Below, in pieces: positions 26,479-40,581 of a DNA stretch of 64,000 nt (positions within the stretch are counted from its first letter, which is position 1; every line of letters starts with the position of its first letter). The notes under the pieces were generated by a model that was not told where the DNA came from, did not search any database, and worked only from the letters and a program-made list of their open reading frames with translations. The translations under genes and the position numbers were made by a program. The DNA is from Eledone cirrhosa (Eukaryota): assembly GCA_964016885.1 (NCBI GenBank), contig OZ024741.1:41230001-41294000 (forward strand). Direction: 5' to 3'.

Positions 26479-27036
26479 TATTTATGTATATATATATATA
26501 TTTGCAAGCAGGGAAAAGCGGACGTAAAATGATGATGAGGACGATATACAAATATATACTGAGAGAGAGAAACATAAATGTTTATTGTAGAGTAATAGAC
26601 ATAACTTTAAAGAAAGATGGATATTGATAAAAGAAAGTGAGATAAAGAATAGATAGAAATAGAGAAGTATGGGTAATTAAAAATATACAAAATACACCCA
26701 CAGAATAAGAGTATTTTTTTAGAAACCCAAAATCTTAGAAGATAAAAGTAAAAGATTTTATTATGCTCGTCACACCCTGCTTACTGAAATAGATTTTTCA
26801 TAAATTCTACAGACTTTCTGATTTTCAGATGTGATTCTATGTACACCTCTCACTCACACACTCTCTTCCTGTGTATGTGTGTATATATATATCATACACA
26901 TATATCTATATCTCCATATATATACATATAAATAGATAGAGAGAGAGATGCACATACAAATATATACTTTCATATATATATATATATATCCATATATATT
27001 TCGTTTCTTATTGGCAACATGACCCTCCCAAAGCAT

Positions 27037-27078
<42 letters not shown>

Positions 27079-27570
27079 ATATATATATTTATATATCCAT
27101 ATTTATCTATATATATATTACACATAACACACACACACATATATATATATGCATTTATGTATGTGTGTGTGTATATATATCATATGCATATATCTATATC
27201 TCCATATATATACATATGAATAGCTAGAGAGTTGCACATACAAATATATACTTCCATATATATATATATCCATATCTATCTATATATATTGCGCATGCAC
27301 ACACACACACACACACACACAGGCACATATATATATGCATTTATTTAACTGTGAAAGATGTCGAAGGGGGAGCAAAGAGATGAAAAGAAAAATATAGAAA
27401 TAAAAATAAAAATAAAAAATAAGAAAAAACAAAAAAGATGGTACATTTCTTTTGCAGACAAAAACCAACAAATAGATGATTATCGTTGTGTCTGGGTAGT
27501 TGTAATAGTGGTGGTAGTAGTGGTGGTGGTAGTAGTGGTGGTGGTAGGGGTAGTAGTAGTAGAGGCAGTG

Positions 27571-27604
<34 letters not shown>

Positions 27605-27703
27605 AAGAAGAATATAGAGAAGATAGCAACAATAGGAGTAGAGTTCACTTGATTAATCTGACACAACACTTGCAGCTGTATGATATAGCCAACAGAGATA
27701 CAT

Positions 27704-27735
<32 letters not shown>

Positions 27736-28039
27736 CCCAAATCAGGGCTGTGCAAAACAAAGAGTTCCTTCTCATCAGTCAACCTCTGGAAATAATGATA
27801 GTTTCAGTACATCAAGGTTATTACTATTCATTCCAGTGCACATTGGGATGCAAAAAAATAAGAAGATGCAGAACAAGTTGTGCATTTCGATTACATGCAT
27901 GCATGTATGTATGGTTTTTCTGCAATAGATTTTTCTTTTCTTCTGTCTCTGCTAACTCTCCTCTATCTTTCTATTTTTTCTTTAATTCCCCAGTCCATTT
28001 TCTGATGAAGGACTGTATGAAACATCAAGGCTCTTTCCC

Positions 28040-28650
28040 TACTATATCAAGTATAAAACTAGTATATTTTTTCATTGTACTGTGTTGTTTGCATTGTTAT
28101 TTGCGTGCTGTTTCCTGACTTTGTAAGCATGCCCACAGGTGTCAGACACATGGATTTCAAAAATGTGCTTAGGGTTGTTTTTGGCAAGATGGTTAATAAT
28201 TTTTGGGTGTTTGCCAAGTCAGTTTCCAGACATCGGAGATTCAATGTATCCATGCCCAGGGAAGCAAGGCGTTCAGAGTATGGTAGATGCCTGATGGAGG
28301 GTATTCACTTGATTGCATGTCTCTGAACAGTGTCCAGGAGGTCAATATTCTGAGCAAGGTAGGGGCTCCAGACTAGTGATGCAAATTCTAAGTGTGGTCG
28401 CAGCATAGCTATATACAGTTTTAAATAGATAGCTGGAGAGTGGCTGACAAAGGTCTTGCTGACTGATGCCAAGACACCCTTGGCCTTCTTGACAATTTTA
28501 GATATGTGCTTTGTCGAACGCAAATTGCTGCTGAAAGTAATGCCCAGGTCATGTTCACAAGAAGACTTCTTGATATTAGTGTTGTGGAAGGAGTATGTGG
28601 ATGCTGGGTTTTCCTCCGAAATTGCATGGTGGTACACTTGTCCACAGCCA
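28040..28650 (-). mobile_element. CR1-clade LINE fragment
   Basis: EHDLGITFSSNL..KLYIAMLRPHLEFASLVWSPYL..LDTVQRHAIK. Confidence 0.85.
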
Positions 28651-28969
28651 TGCTTATTTTGGCCTTCCCTATTTAAATTTTATTTTATATTATGTCATTT
28701 TTTAAATTCACTTATCTCTATATATCTTGCTTTTTGTTTCTCAACTGTAAGAAGTATTAGATACTTCACCTAGTATGTAATGGCTTACTATTTCTATATG
28801 AACATTTAAAGTGAATAAATATATAAATATATATATATATATACACATAATCTTATGGCCTGGTCTAATTGATTTTTTTGTGTGGTTAATTATGCTAATT
28901 AGGAGAGGAAATAGTGTATATATATTATCAAATGATTCTATGGACATACTTTATAGTATATATACACAT

Positions 28970-29411
28970 ATCATCATCATCATCATCATCAACGTTTAAC
29001 GTCCGTGTTCCACGCTTGCATGGGTTTGGACGGGGGTAGTCCCACTTGAGGCAAGAGTGATTGTCTTGCTCGCATAGGACTGTCTGGCAGGTTTTCTACA
29101 GTTGGATGCCCTTCCTAACACCAACCACATTTACAGTGTGGGTCTGGGAGGTTTTTACCGTGTTGCCTACACGGCCACATTACAGCGTGGACTGTGTGTT
29201 TTTTTGTCGTGACACCTACACGATCTCATTTGTTTCGGCCTCGATGGCGCGGCACCAACATAACTTTACATAGAACGGGGTGGTGTGGATCGGGTGGGGG
29301 TGGTGGTGGTGGGACGGGGTGTATTTTGTTAGAGATGCCTACTGGCTGGAGTAGGTTTTACTATATATTTAGGTAAGGCGGGTCTTCTCTGTTACTGAGT
29401 ACCGCCAAAGG
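28970..29411 (-). mobile_element. RTE LINE 3' end
   Basis: Reverse complement of about 23512-23938; (AT)n on both sides. Confidence 0.85.
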
Positions 29412-29414
29412 TAC

Positions 29415-29445
<31 letters not shown>

Positions 29446-30677
29446 TACACACACATACATATATATATATATACAAAGGCAACAGTTTTTTCTACAACCC
29501 AGTAAGCTAATGAACATTTGCACAGTAACAATGTTAGTGATATATTAACCAACAGTTGTGGATTCCATTGTAGCCTAATTAAGTGTTAAATTAAAGTATT
29601 TCTCAACTCTGGAGACTCATCAGGGTAGAGCTTATAGCAGTTTCATAAGTGTCAAGTGTCTCTCTTGAAGTAAACTCCAGGCTGTTGCAGGATTATGCTG
29701 CAGCTGCTGGTGATTTATTGTTGTTCTATTTTCAACTGAGTGGACTGGAATATTGTGAAAGAAGAGTATAACTCAAGGACACAACATACTGCCCAATCTA
29801 TATATTTAGCCCAGCACCTTATGATTGTGACCCCCAACAGCCTAACCTCTTTCACATAACCAGATTACCTCATAATAATTTCTTTCCATTTATATATTTC
29901 TGTGCTTATCTGGGTATCTGTGTGTCATAATAAGTGTGAAAGAGTCGGTTCCTGTTTAGGCTTCTGGTTGTAAAACATTACCTCAAAATGGATTTCATGA
30001 TGAGTATGATAAATCCTGCCATAGGACCCTGCATAGCTAACTTTTATTTTAGCAAGAAAAATTACCTTAAAATGCTTGTTATCAATATCTCTTATATTCA
30101 AACTTCCTTTCATATAACACTTCATACACCTGGTTCTCCTTCTTTTATTAATCTCCTAATCTATAAAATTTCTCTTTGATCTTTCTCTCGCAATCCCTGA
30201 CTCTCTCTCTCTCTCTCTCCTCCTCCTCTTCTGTCCTTGTCCCCATCACATACATTCTAACTGATTCAGTCACATTAACTATCTCATTTCCTCCAATCTT
30301 CCATCTCCCATTGGGAAATAAATCCATTACATTTATTACACAACTGGATCACGCCAGACTGATTAAACAAACAATTAATTAACTCGCTCGTTAATTTTGA
30401 TTAGTAAAAAAAGGGTAACCAGAAAAATGCCTGGAGCTTATCGATGCTTTCTGTCCTTCAAACGGAAATGAAGGAAGAAGCTTAGAAAAGAATTTATTGA
30501 GGATATAGAGAAGAATATTGATAGAAATTAAACTACTTGAGTGATGGTATTCAATGAGTGTAAAATGGGAAGATGGATGGGGATGAGAGAAGGCAAGTGA
30601 TTATATGTATAATGTGATTAGATGTGTAGTGTAGTTATAAATATAGTGCAGATATATTATAGTGCTGATAGTAATGG

Positions 30678-30916
30678 TGTCACTATAAAATATGCCCAGT
30701 ACACTCTGTAAAGGGGTATTATAGGTACCACTATAGAATGCATCCAGACCTCTCTGTAAAGTGGTATATCTGGTGCCACAATAAAATGCACACATGTTGT
30801 CAACACTGTAATTTGGTAGTTTTTGTGCCATGATAAAATACACACAGTATACTCTGTAATGTGGTAGTTTTGGTGCCATGATAAAATGTACCCAGTATAC
30901 TCTGTAATGTGGTTGG
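30678..30916 (+). repeat. Degenerate minisatellite, about 39-bp unit, about 6 copies
   Basis: Unit resembles CACAATAAAATGCACCCAGTACACTCTGTAAAGTGG, related to the RTE/SINE 3' UTR subrepeat. Confidence 0.7.
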
Positions 30917-31002
30917 GCACCCAGCCATAGGAACCATGCCAATCTTGCTATGGTCTACATGGGTAGTAGATGTAACACTTTTGTGGCTGTAATCAATTAA
31001 AT

Positions 31003-31190
31003 AATTGTTTCTACGTTAGGCACAAGGCCAGCAATTACCCAGTGTATTACTGGTACTTTATTTTATCGACCCCGTAAGGATGAAAGGCAAAGTTAACCTC
31101 GGCGGGATTTGAACTCAGAATGGCAAGGGCTGTAACTCTATGCATCAAAGCATGGCGTCCGACTCTCTACCGATACTGCCAATCCACCAT
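31003..31190 (-). mobile_element. SINE family A (further copies at about 31580-31753+, 34470-34628+, 39001-39188+, 58943-59119-, 60350-60502-, 61145-61340-)
   Basis: High similarity to 3492-3674; the 39001 copy has an 18-bp flanking repeat AAACATTATTTCAAAGGA. Confidence 0.88.
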
Positions 31191-31253
31191 AATGAAGAAT
31201 TTTAGGGATTTGTGAAATTTGTTAATTATTTCATTACTGAGATAGTAACTTAA

Positions 31254-31445
31254 CCCTTTAGTATTCACATTACTCTATATATACTATTATATTTTCATGG
31301 TAAATGCTTTATCTCACATAATATCGGATCTATGAGATTTTGAAAGTATTTATTTTGAGAACCTTAACATCAGTTTGAGTGACCAGTTACAGCCAGTTTC
31401 AACAGAAAAAGGTAGAGAATTCTGGCCGGTTTTAACATTAAAGTG
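31254..31445. mobile_element. TTAA-flanked MITE, decayed copy of 34728-34945
   Basis: TTAA-CCCTTTAGTATT..ATTAAAGTG-TTAA; interior homologous to the 34.7-kb copy. Confidence 0.7.
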
Positions 31446-32171
31446 TTAACATAAGACAGGATTTTTTTAACTGTCTAGTTTGGGACTGTGATGATTCATC
31501 TAACCCATGTTAGCATGATGCATAATGATGATGATGATGATGTGAACATATATATATTGAAATGGTATGTATGGTGGTACATTATTGGTAGAGGGTCGGA
31601 CGCCATGCTTTGCAGCAAAGAGTTACGGCCCCTTATGGTCTGAGTTCAAATTCCACTGAGGTAACTTTACCTTTAATCCTTATCGGGTCGATAAAATAAA
31701 GTACCAGTAATACACTGAGATAATTGCTGGCCTTGTGCCAAAAGTAGAAACAGTTATATTTGTTATGGCTCACTACACCCTCATTTCAAGTCCCACTGAA
31801 GTCAACAATGCCTTTCATCCTTTCTAGATTGATATATAAAATATGAGTCAAGGTCTGGTGGTTGGGTTGAGTGTTGAATGAGATGCTTTGTGATATTTGT
31901 TAATTCAAATCCTGGTGTGATCTACTTGGGTGGTAGGCTTCATCTGCCACCAGGTTTAACACCATCTGGCTTTTGAGTGGTTTTAGCAGAGTTCTCTCTA
32001 TTACAAACATTCAGATGAGATTTCTGGTTTGAGGATACCTTCTCCTGTCTCTCTTACCAGTTTCAGAGGCCTTATAAAGAGTCATATAAATCTATACTGA
32101 GACATATACATATTATTCTCACATAGTTATACCCAAGTGAAACATGTCTACACATCCTTATATAACTATAC

Positions 32172-32326
32172 ACACTGTAGACGGGAGATTACTTGTTTTG
32201 TTGATGAAGAATGTGGCTATTCGGATGAACTGATGTGAATTGCAGGACTCAGTGAACTGCGACACTTTGAACGCACATTGTTGCCCCGGAATTCCATGTT
32301 CCAGGAGTCCCATCCGGTTGAGAGTA
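32172..32326 (+). pseudogene. Dispersed, diverged 5.8S rRNA copy
   Basis: GATGAAGAA..GTGAATTGCAGGAC..GACACTTTGAACGCACATTG..GCCCCGG match conserved 5.8S motifs in the right order over about 155 bp; no 18S or 28S nearby. Confidence 0.85.
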
Positions 32327-33573
32327 TTTTATGTGAAGTCGTTCTTGAACATTATTGGGGACATGTAACCCAGTACAACCTGTTGTGTGGTTGGATTATC
32401 AGCAACTAAACTGGCAACACCACCAAGCTTGCTTGGTGAAGAGGATGACTTTGGACAACTCGTGGGATGAAAAATAAAACCTGTCAAAGGGCAGATGAAC
32501 TCAGGGGAGTCAACGGCTATCCAATAGCATGTATACATGTGTATATATTTGATGTGTATATGTACACACTGTGAAACATGTATATATATATCTATGTCCT
32601 TGCATAGACACTGTAAAATATGCAAGTCCCTTCATCCACTGTTATAAACTCTGTAAAACATACATACACATCCTGACAAAGGTATACACACTGTCAAATA
32701 CACGTCTTTACATATTCATATACACTGTTAAATGTGTATATACATTTTTACACAGTTATACACACTGAGATAAGGAAGAAATGTAGAAGCAAAGGAGGAG
32801 ATAAATTGAAGTTAGCAAAACAAAATAAAATATGGTGGCTAGAAAAAAAAAATGAAAATAGAAATGTGAAAATAAAATAAATCTAACCTATAAATGTTAC
32901 ACACAACAAAGACCTGAAAACTTTCAAATCAAAGTTCACAAATTACTCTTCTTCATCTTGGCATTGGTCATTAGTCATAGATTTCTTCTGCTAGTGATGG
33001 GGCTGGGGAGGGGGGGGGGGGGGGGAAGTTGTGTTGTAAGTCTTGGTGCTGAGTAAAAGTGATGATCATGTTATTCCTGTGAGAGTCTGTGCACACCACA
33101 CATCAAGCCAAAAAGTAGATGTGGAGAATTGCCAGATCAATTTGCCAATAACTTGTGCCGTTTCCAACATTGGCAATCTTTAAGGGGCTTTTTGAAGAAG
33201 CAATAGTGGAAAAAAGTGGAAGAGAAATAAAAAAAACCCAAAACACAAAAAAAAAACATACTATAAAAGAAATAATAATAATAAAAATATATAATAAATT
33301 AAAATTAAAAATAAAGATTTCTTTAGTGTTTGAAGGAGGCTGTGAAAAGTATATATAAAAGTTTCCCTGTTACAGTAACGGCAGTTTTTACAGCTTGGCA
33401 GATTTAAGAATGAAACCAGAAGAATGCGTGACTGAAAAATCAGAAAATTAATTCAGCAAAGGAAAAGAGGTGAGAGAAAAAAAAGAAAAGAGCTGAAAGT
33501 TATAATGTTTAAGCTCAATGACTTTAGAGTATAAAGGAATGAACTACTCAAATACTAGCATACAGACATGTAC

Positions 33574-33609
<36 letters not shown>

Positions 33610-33611
33610 CA

Positions 33612-33667
<56 letters not shown>

Positions 33668-33830
33668 TATATATATATACATATATATACATACATACAT
33701 ATACATACAAACTGATATATACATACACACACACATATACATATACATACATACACACACACATATACATATACATGCATACATACATACATGCACACAC
33801 ATATATACATATATATATACATACATACAT

Positions 33831-33883
<53 letters not shown>

Positions 33884-34727
33884 CATACTAACACACCTAT
33901 ATATCTTTCTCTGTGGCTACATATTTAAATCAATTTGAACCTTTGTTATTTCAGTAATCTTTCCATACATTATTTTGTTTCATCATCACCATCACAATCA
34001 TCATGATCACCATCATCATCATCATCATCATCATCATCACCACCTTCACCATCATCATCACCACCATCCTCCTTTGTTATTTCAGTAATCTATCCATACA
34101 TTATTTTGTATAATTGTCGGTAGCTTCACCACCACCACCACCAACATCGGCACCATCATCATCATCAGCTGCAGTGTCATTTGATATCCACTTTTCATGC
34201 TGGCATAGGTTAAATGGGTAGATAAGGACTGAGAATATAATATTTAGATATCAAGCTTTGCTCATATGTTCCTTATTTTGGCATAGCTTCCCTATGCCTG
34301 ATGGCCTTCCTAACAGCAACCACACAACAGAGTGTACTGTGGACATGTTATCCTGGCATCAGCACTAGAGAGGTTGCCTTGTTCTTGGCAAAAAGAAGAG
34401 CCCCATTTATATAATGGCACGTTTTATATTCTGAAAAATAAGGTGTTAATGTTGTGGGAAGTGAAATTGTCGGACACCATGCTTTGCAGCAATGAGTTAC
34501 GGCCCTTTTTGGTCTGAGTTCAAATTCCGCCGAGGTTAACTTTGTCTTTCATCCTTACGGGGTCGATAAAATAAAGTACCAGTAATACACTGGAATAATT
34601 GCTGGCCTTGTGCCAAAAGTAGAAACAATGTTGTGAGGAACATAAAGCCTAAATAAAATATTTTTCTTCCTCCTGGGGTCAATAAAACAGTTCCAATCAA
34701 ACACTGTGGTCAATCTAATTGATTTAA

Positions 34728-34945
34728 CCCTTTAGCATTTACATTACTCTATATACATTATTATATTTTCACGGTAAAGGCTTTACTTCACATAATTATC
34801 TCACATAGTATCGAATCTATGAGATTTTGATATTTATCTTGAGAACAATATCTTTACATCAGTATAAGTAGCCAGTTACAGCCGGTTTGAACAGAAAGAG
34901 GTGATAGAATTCTGGTCGGATACAGCTGGTTTAAATGCTAAAGGG
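34728..34945. mobile_element. piggyBac-like MITE
   Basis: 14-bp TIRs CCCTTTAGCATTTA / TAAATGCTAAAGGG, each flanked by TTAA. Confidence 0.8.
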
Positions 34946-36100
34946 TTAATTGATTTATTCACCCCCAAAATGTGAATTTATCTTCAAACGGTTTTGTTCC
35001 TATTGAAATTGTAATCATTTTTTACTACATGGGTACACTTGTAAAATGGTGATAAACTAGGAATAATTACAGTGAATCTTAGTCTGCTGCTAATTACAAC
35101 ATTAACTAATGTGTGAATTTGTTTAAATAGAAATCTCAAGCCAACCCTATTGAGAAATAGCAAAGAATCAATTCCTCTTAACTCATACATAACCCTACTA
35201 AATTACTTAGCAGAGGGAGTCTGGAAATGGGGTCATGGTAACATTTCCTGTCTTTCACAGACACAAAAAAAAAAAACACAAAAAAATGATTAAAAGATTT
35301 TCTTTTTCTTATTTGTTGTCTCTGACTGTATTTATTTGTTAAGTGGTGAAATATCAATAAATTTACTCTGGTATTCTAGCAAAAATAGTCAGCTAATCAC
35401 CAATTGTTTAATAATTAAATTATTTTACCAGACTACTGAGAGCAGTAAACTAGCCACTTTGACTGACTTTTCTAGAACATGAAAGATTATCATGAAAATA
35501 TTGCTCCTTTCTTTACTCTATCTCTCTCTCTGTCTCTCCCTCTCTCACTCACTCTCTCTCAGCCTATCTCTCTTTTCATGTCTCTGTCTGACTCTCTCTC
35601 TCTCTCTCTCTCTCTGTCAGTTTGTGTCTCTATGACTTTCTGACTCTCTTTCCCTATCTCTGTTTCTCTGTCTCCCTCTCAATCTCTATCTGTGTCTCTA
35701 TTCGTCTCTTTCTGTCTCTCCATCTCTCTCTCTCTCACTTTTGTCTCCAATTCTTTATCTTTCACACACTCCCCCTCTCTCTGTCACACTTTTTGTCACT
35801 CTCCCCCTCTCTCTCTCAACACTACTGTTTCTCTTCCTCTTTCATACTCTTTTATTATTAGATTTTAAATGATAAATTTGACCCACAGAGAAATTAATAT
35901 CTAATTCAAGTCATAATAACTTCCTGTCCCAGGTGAATAATTTGTCAATCTATTAATTTTGGTTCTTAGTCTTAGAATTTCTCAACAATTATTTGGAGAT
36001 TAAATTGAAGAGAGCTGAAAAAAGAATGATATTGGAATTGAGAGAGGGAGTGTGTATAAGTGTGTGCATGTGATTATATGTGAATATATATATATATATA

Positions 36101-37548
36101 GGGGTATAAAACTGATGAATCAGGTTATGAAAGTGGCAGAAAGGATATTAGCACAACTAATTAGAGAAAGATGAGATGCAGTTTGGTTTTGTGCTGGGAA
36201 GAGTACAACAGATGCCCTCTTCTTGGTGAGACAATTACAAGAGAGGTTCTTAGAGAAAAATAAGCCACTATACTTAGCCTTTGTTGACCTAGAGAAGGCC
36301 TTTGATAGGATACCCCGATCTGTCATCTGGTGGTCCCTAAGGGAGCTAGGTCTTGAGGAATGGCTTGTGAGGACAGTGCAAACTTTGTACAGAGGTACTC
36401 TCAGTAAAGTCAGGGTAGGAATGGAGTTTAGTGAGGAATTCCAGATACAAGTAGGAGTACATCAAGGTTCGGTCCTCAGCCCACTCTTGTTCATTATAGT
36501 CCTCCAAGCCATAACAGAGGAGTTTAAGACTGGCTGTCCATGGGAACTTCTCTATGCTGACGATCTGGTTCTTATAGCAGAATCAGTAGAAGAGCTAGAA
36601 AATAAATTCTGGCTATGGAAACAGCAGTTGGAAGCAAGAGGACTGAGAGTGAACCTAGCTAAGACAAAAGTGTTGATGAGTAGAAAAGAGGACAAAACCC
36701 TGATTCCGTCAGGGAAATGGCCATGTTCAATATGCAGAAAAGGAACTGGCATAAATTCTATAAAATGCACACAATTCAGATCCTGGGTACACAAGAGATG
36801 TAGCGGGATAGCAGGCAAACTAACAGGTAGGGAGAAATATGTATGCAGTAGATGTACAGGGAAATTAGACAGTAGAAGTCGCATTGATAGACACATTTTT
36901 CAGATGCAGGAGGGCACTATAGAAGTGGTGGATAGCTTCCGGTACCTAGGAGATCAGATTAGCATGGGAGGAGGGTGTTCCGAAGCCATAGTATCTAGAA
37001 TAAGGACGGGTTGGAAGAAGTTTAGGGAGCTGCTTCCTCTGTTGACGAAGAAGGGTTTCTCCCTGCGTACGAAAAGCCGGTTGTATGATGCCTGTGTGAG
37101 GAGCGCGATGCTGCATGGTAGTGAGACATGGGCAGCAACTGCAGAGGATATGCGACGGCTGGAGAGAAATGAGGCAAGCATGCTCCGTTGGATGTGCAGT
37201 GTAAATGTGCGTGAACGATCCAACATAAATGTGTTGAGAGAGAAACTGGGTCTGAGAGGGATAGAATGTAGTGTACGGGAGCGGAGACTGAGGTGGTATT
37301 GACATGTGGTGCGCATGGAGGATGACCGATGGGTGAAGAAGTGCCAGGAAATGCCAGTTGAAGGAAGACGTGGTAGAAGTAGAACACAAAAACATGGGCG
37401 GAAGTGGTGAGAACAGACCTCAGATCATTGAAGCTCACGGTGGAGATGACGAAGGACCGTGATGAGTGGAGAGATGCTGTGCTGAATAAGACCCATCCCA
37501 CCCTTGCAAGCAGGGAACAGCGGATGTAAAATGATGATGATGATGATG
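36101..37548 (+). mobile_element. RTE LINE, 5'-truncated (RT to 3' end)
   Basis: ORF 36223-37302: [33 protein letters not shown]; short 3' end CCCACCCTTGCAAGCAGGGAACAGCGGATGTAAAA then (TGA)n. Confidence 0.93.
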
Positions 37549-37906
37549 ATATTATCATCGTCATCATCGTTGTTTTTACATCCGTTTTTCCATGCTTGCA
37601 TGTGTTAGATGGGTCCCTTTCAGCACAGCAACGACATCTCTCCATTTGCTGCACTTCCTTGTCATATCCTTTGCCAGTCTTAATGATTTGAGGTATATAT
37701 AACAACTGAGAATGAGGGGTTCATTCTACTGATATGGCTTATAAAAGAGGCTGTTTACATAATTGCAAACAAATTGAATGTATTTTACCTAATGGGGTCA
37801 ATAAAATAAAGTACCAGTAATGCACTGTCATAATTGCTGGCCTTGTGCCAAAAGTAGAAACAATTATTAATATTCGAAAAACTCATATTACATTTATATA
37901 TATATA

Positions 37907-38148
37907 TGGGATAACAAGTTATCGTTTTAGGTAATCCAGTTAGAGGTTGTGAGTACTCGGTACTATGCATAGTTTTAACAGCGTTGTTTGACTCAACAAG
38001 AGGTTTCCTTAGTTAGGTAGCGAGTTTGTGAGAATTCCCATGCAGGTTATTCTTGGAGCAATAGTAGTGAAAGAGTAAAGAATAACATGGTCGGCTGTAC
38101 AAAAAGGGTACCCTTTTTGTACAGCCAGCCATGTTATTCTTCACTCTT

Positions 38149-38155
<7 letters not shown>
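37907..38155. mobile_element. Fold-back element with about 90-bp near-perfect palindrome 38065-38154
   Basis: TAGTGAAAGAGTAAAGAATAACATGG..AAAAAGGGTACCCTTTTT..CCATGTTATTCTTCACTCTTTCACTA; hairpin-motif variant at 37953-38025 in the unpaired extension; (AT)n on both sides. Confidence 0.7.
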
Positions 38156-38183
<28 letters not shown>

Positions 38184-40339
38184 ATATCTGTATATATACA
38201 GAATGGGTAACTGCTGAGATGTGTGTATAAATATATACATTTTGAATATGTAGGCATGTAAACAAGCCAGAAAACATATATATACATATGCACACACATA
38301 CATATTTCTATATACATATAAATAAAAGGGTAAAGACACCATTTGTCATGTACCACATGTGAGATTTTATCATCATCTTTGTCCACTCATTCCTGAAAGG
38401 ATTATTGAGGGAGAATCCTCAAACACTCCATCCACTGGGTCCTATCAGAAGCAACCATCTTCAACTGATCCGGCTGAATCCCCAGGCGAGACCAGCCCCA
38501 AGCTCATAGATGTAATCCAACCATCTTGCTCAGGATCTACCCCTAGGTCTCCTTCCAATTGGTTTTTCCCCAAAAAATCTGTCTAGCTATTCTTTCCTGA
38601 GACATTCTAACAACATGCCCATAATTACAAACAAAACCAGATAAAAATCACCCTGACTTCATCATATTAAAAATTAAAGTGTTTGTTTGAGTTTACTGCA
38701 AATTTTCACAATGAAAACATTTTCACACTGGTAAAAAAAACTACTATGCACCTTTGAATGGAGGAGCCTGTTTTTAGATATTTTCTTCTAAATCAGTACA
38801 AGATGTTAAGTGTTAATCAGTATTGGCAATATCAGCCATTTACAATTAATCAGTAACAGCCTTTTTTGCCAATTAATCAGCTTTGATAACAAGCCATTAT
38901 TGATTTCTTTATAATTACTATTGATAGTCATATATACTGGAGCAAGACAAACATGAACTCAATATGAAGAAATAGAGAAAAAACATTATTTCAAAGGATA
39001 AGGTGGTGGATTGGCAGTATCGTTAGAGGGTTGGATGCCATGCTTTGTAGCATGGAGTTACGGGCCCTTACAATCTGAGTTCAAATCCCGCCGAGTTTAA
39101 CTTTGCCTTTCATCCTTATGGGGTCGATAAAATAAAGTACCAGTAATGCACTGGGATAATAGCTGGTTTTGTGCCAAAAGTAGAAACATTATTTCAAAGG
39201 ACATACAATCTAAAGCCACCAGTGTAATATAAATCTATTCCTCGTCCTCAAATACATTGATCTAAACAACTGGAAATTAATTGTGAATGCCAGGTGGTGT
39301 AATTCCTGGGATAAAATAGGTACAAGTAGAAGAGAGACCCTTTTATCAATCTTAGAATATATGTGTTTAATTCATCTTTTGAAAATGAATTAATTATTTA
39401 ATTATAAAGATTCCAATTACATGTTTAGTAAAAGATATTCATCATCGTCCTCATTTAATGTTGTTTTGCCATGCTAGCATGGGTTAGACAAGTTGTCCCG
39501 TTTGAGGCAAGTTGGGTCAGGTGACTGTTTCTTGCTCATACAGAACTGTTTCTAGCTTGGTTTCTATGGCTGTGTGCCCTTTAAACACCAACCACATTTA
39601 GTGTGTGCTGGGTGCTTTTTGTAGTGACACCTACACAACCACTTTACAGTGTGGTCTGGCTGCTTTTTGTTGTGATACCAACAAAAGTAATAATTATTTC
39701 CAAAGGACCATCTTTAATTATAACAATATCTGTTTCAACCCACATTTTCACATCCAAAATCTTGCAAAACAAATATGAAAACGAAATTATTTCTTTATCT
39801 AATAATAACTATTTCTTTAATGATTCTTATTATCTTAAGGTACAAAAACGTACTTGGATCAATGTTACAGATTAAATTCCTTAAAAGTGCTGTTCAAGCA
39901 TAGCCATAGGCTCACCTGAGAACCAGTTAGGATGCAGAATTGAGATACAGGCCCTAAACATAAAGTGGAGTCAGTACCTCAGCTTTCAATATGATCCCTA
40001 TCTGGTGATGATCCATACAACACAGATGGCAGATGTTAAACAATAATGAATAAATACAAAAATAAAAAGACATATATATATATATATATCATCATCATTT
40101 AACATCCATCTTCTATGCTAGCGAGGTTAGACGGGTTTGTTCCATTTAGAGGCAAGTTGTGTCGGGTGACCATGTCTCAATCATATAGGACTGTTTCTGG
40201 CTGGTTTTCTATGGCTGGATGCCCTTCCTAGCACCAACTACATTTACAGTGTGGACTGGGTGCTTTTTGTCGTGTCTTTTACACAACCACTTTACAGTTG
40301 AAGTTTTGTGGAACCAAATTATATATATATATATATAAT

Positions 40340-40525
40340 TTACATGTTTTAACAGTCTATTCTCCGATTTCTTACTTTCCCACGTGCTTACGCTCTGCTA
40401 ATTCTCTAGCCCACTAAATATTAACACTTCCAATATTTAATACTGCCAGCCCTAGTATCGAGCACCTTTGGCATACGCTACTTGGCAAATAACTATATGT
40501 ATCACCTATCCTCCCCTTTTTTTCT
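40340..40525 (+). mobile_element. PLE pseudo-LTR-like tail fragment
   Basis: GCTC-TGCTA-[52 nt]-TAGTA-TC-GAGCAC at 40392-40465, between (AT)n tracts. Confidence 0.55.
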
Positions 40526-40544
40526 CTCTCTCGATACGTAAATA

Positions 40545-40581
<37 letters not shown>

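Noticed and set aside
30678-30916. CRISPR-like periodicity
   Set aside because: Degenerate tandem units without unique spacers, no cas genes, eukaryotic context.
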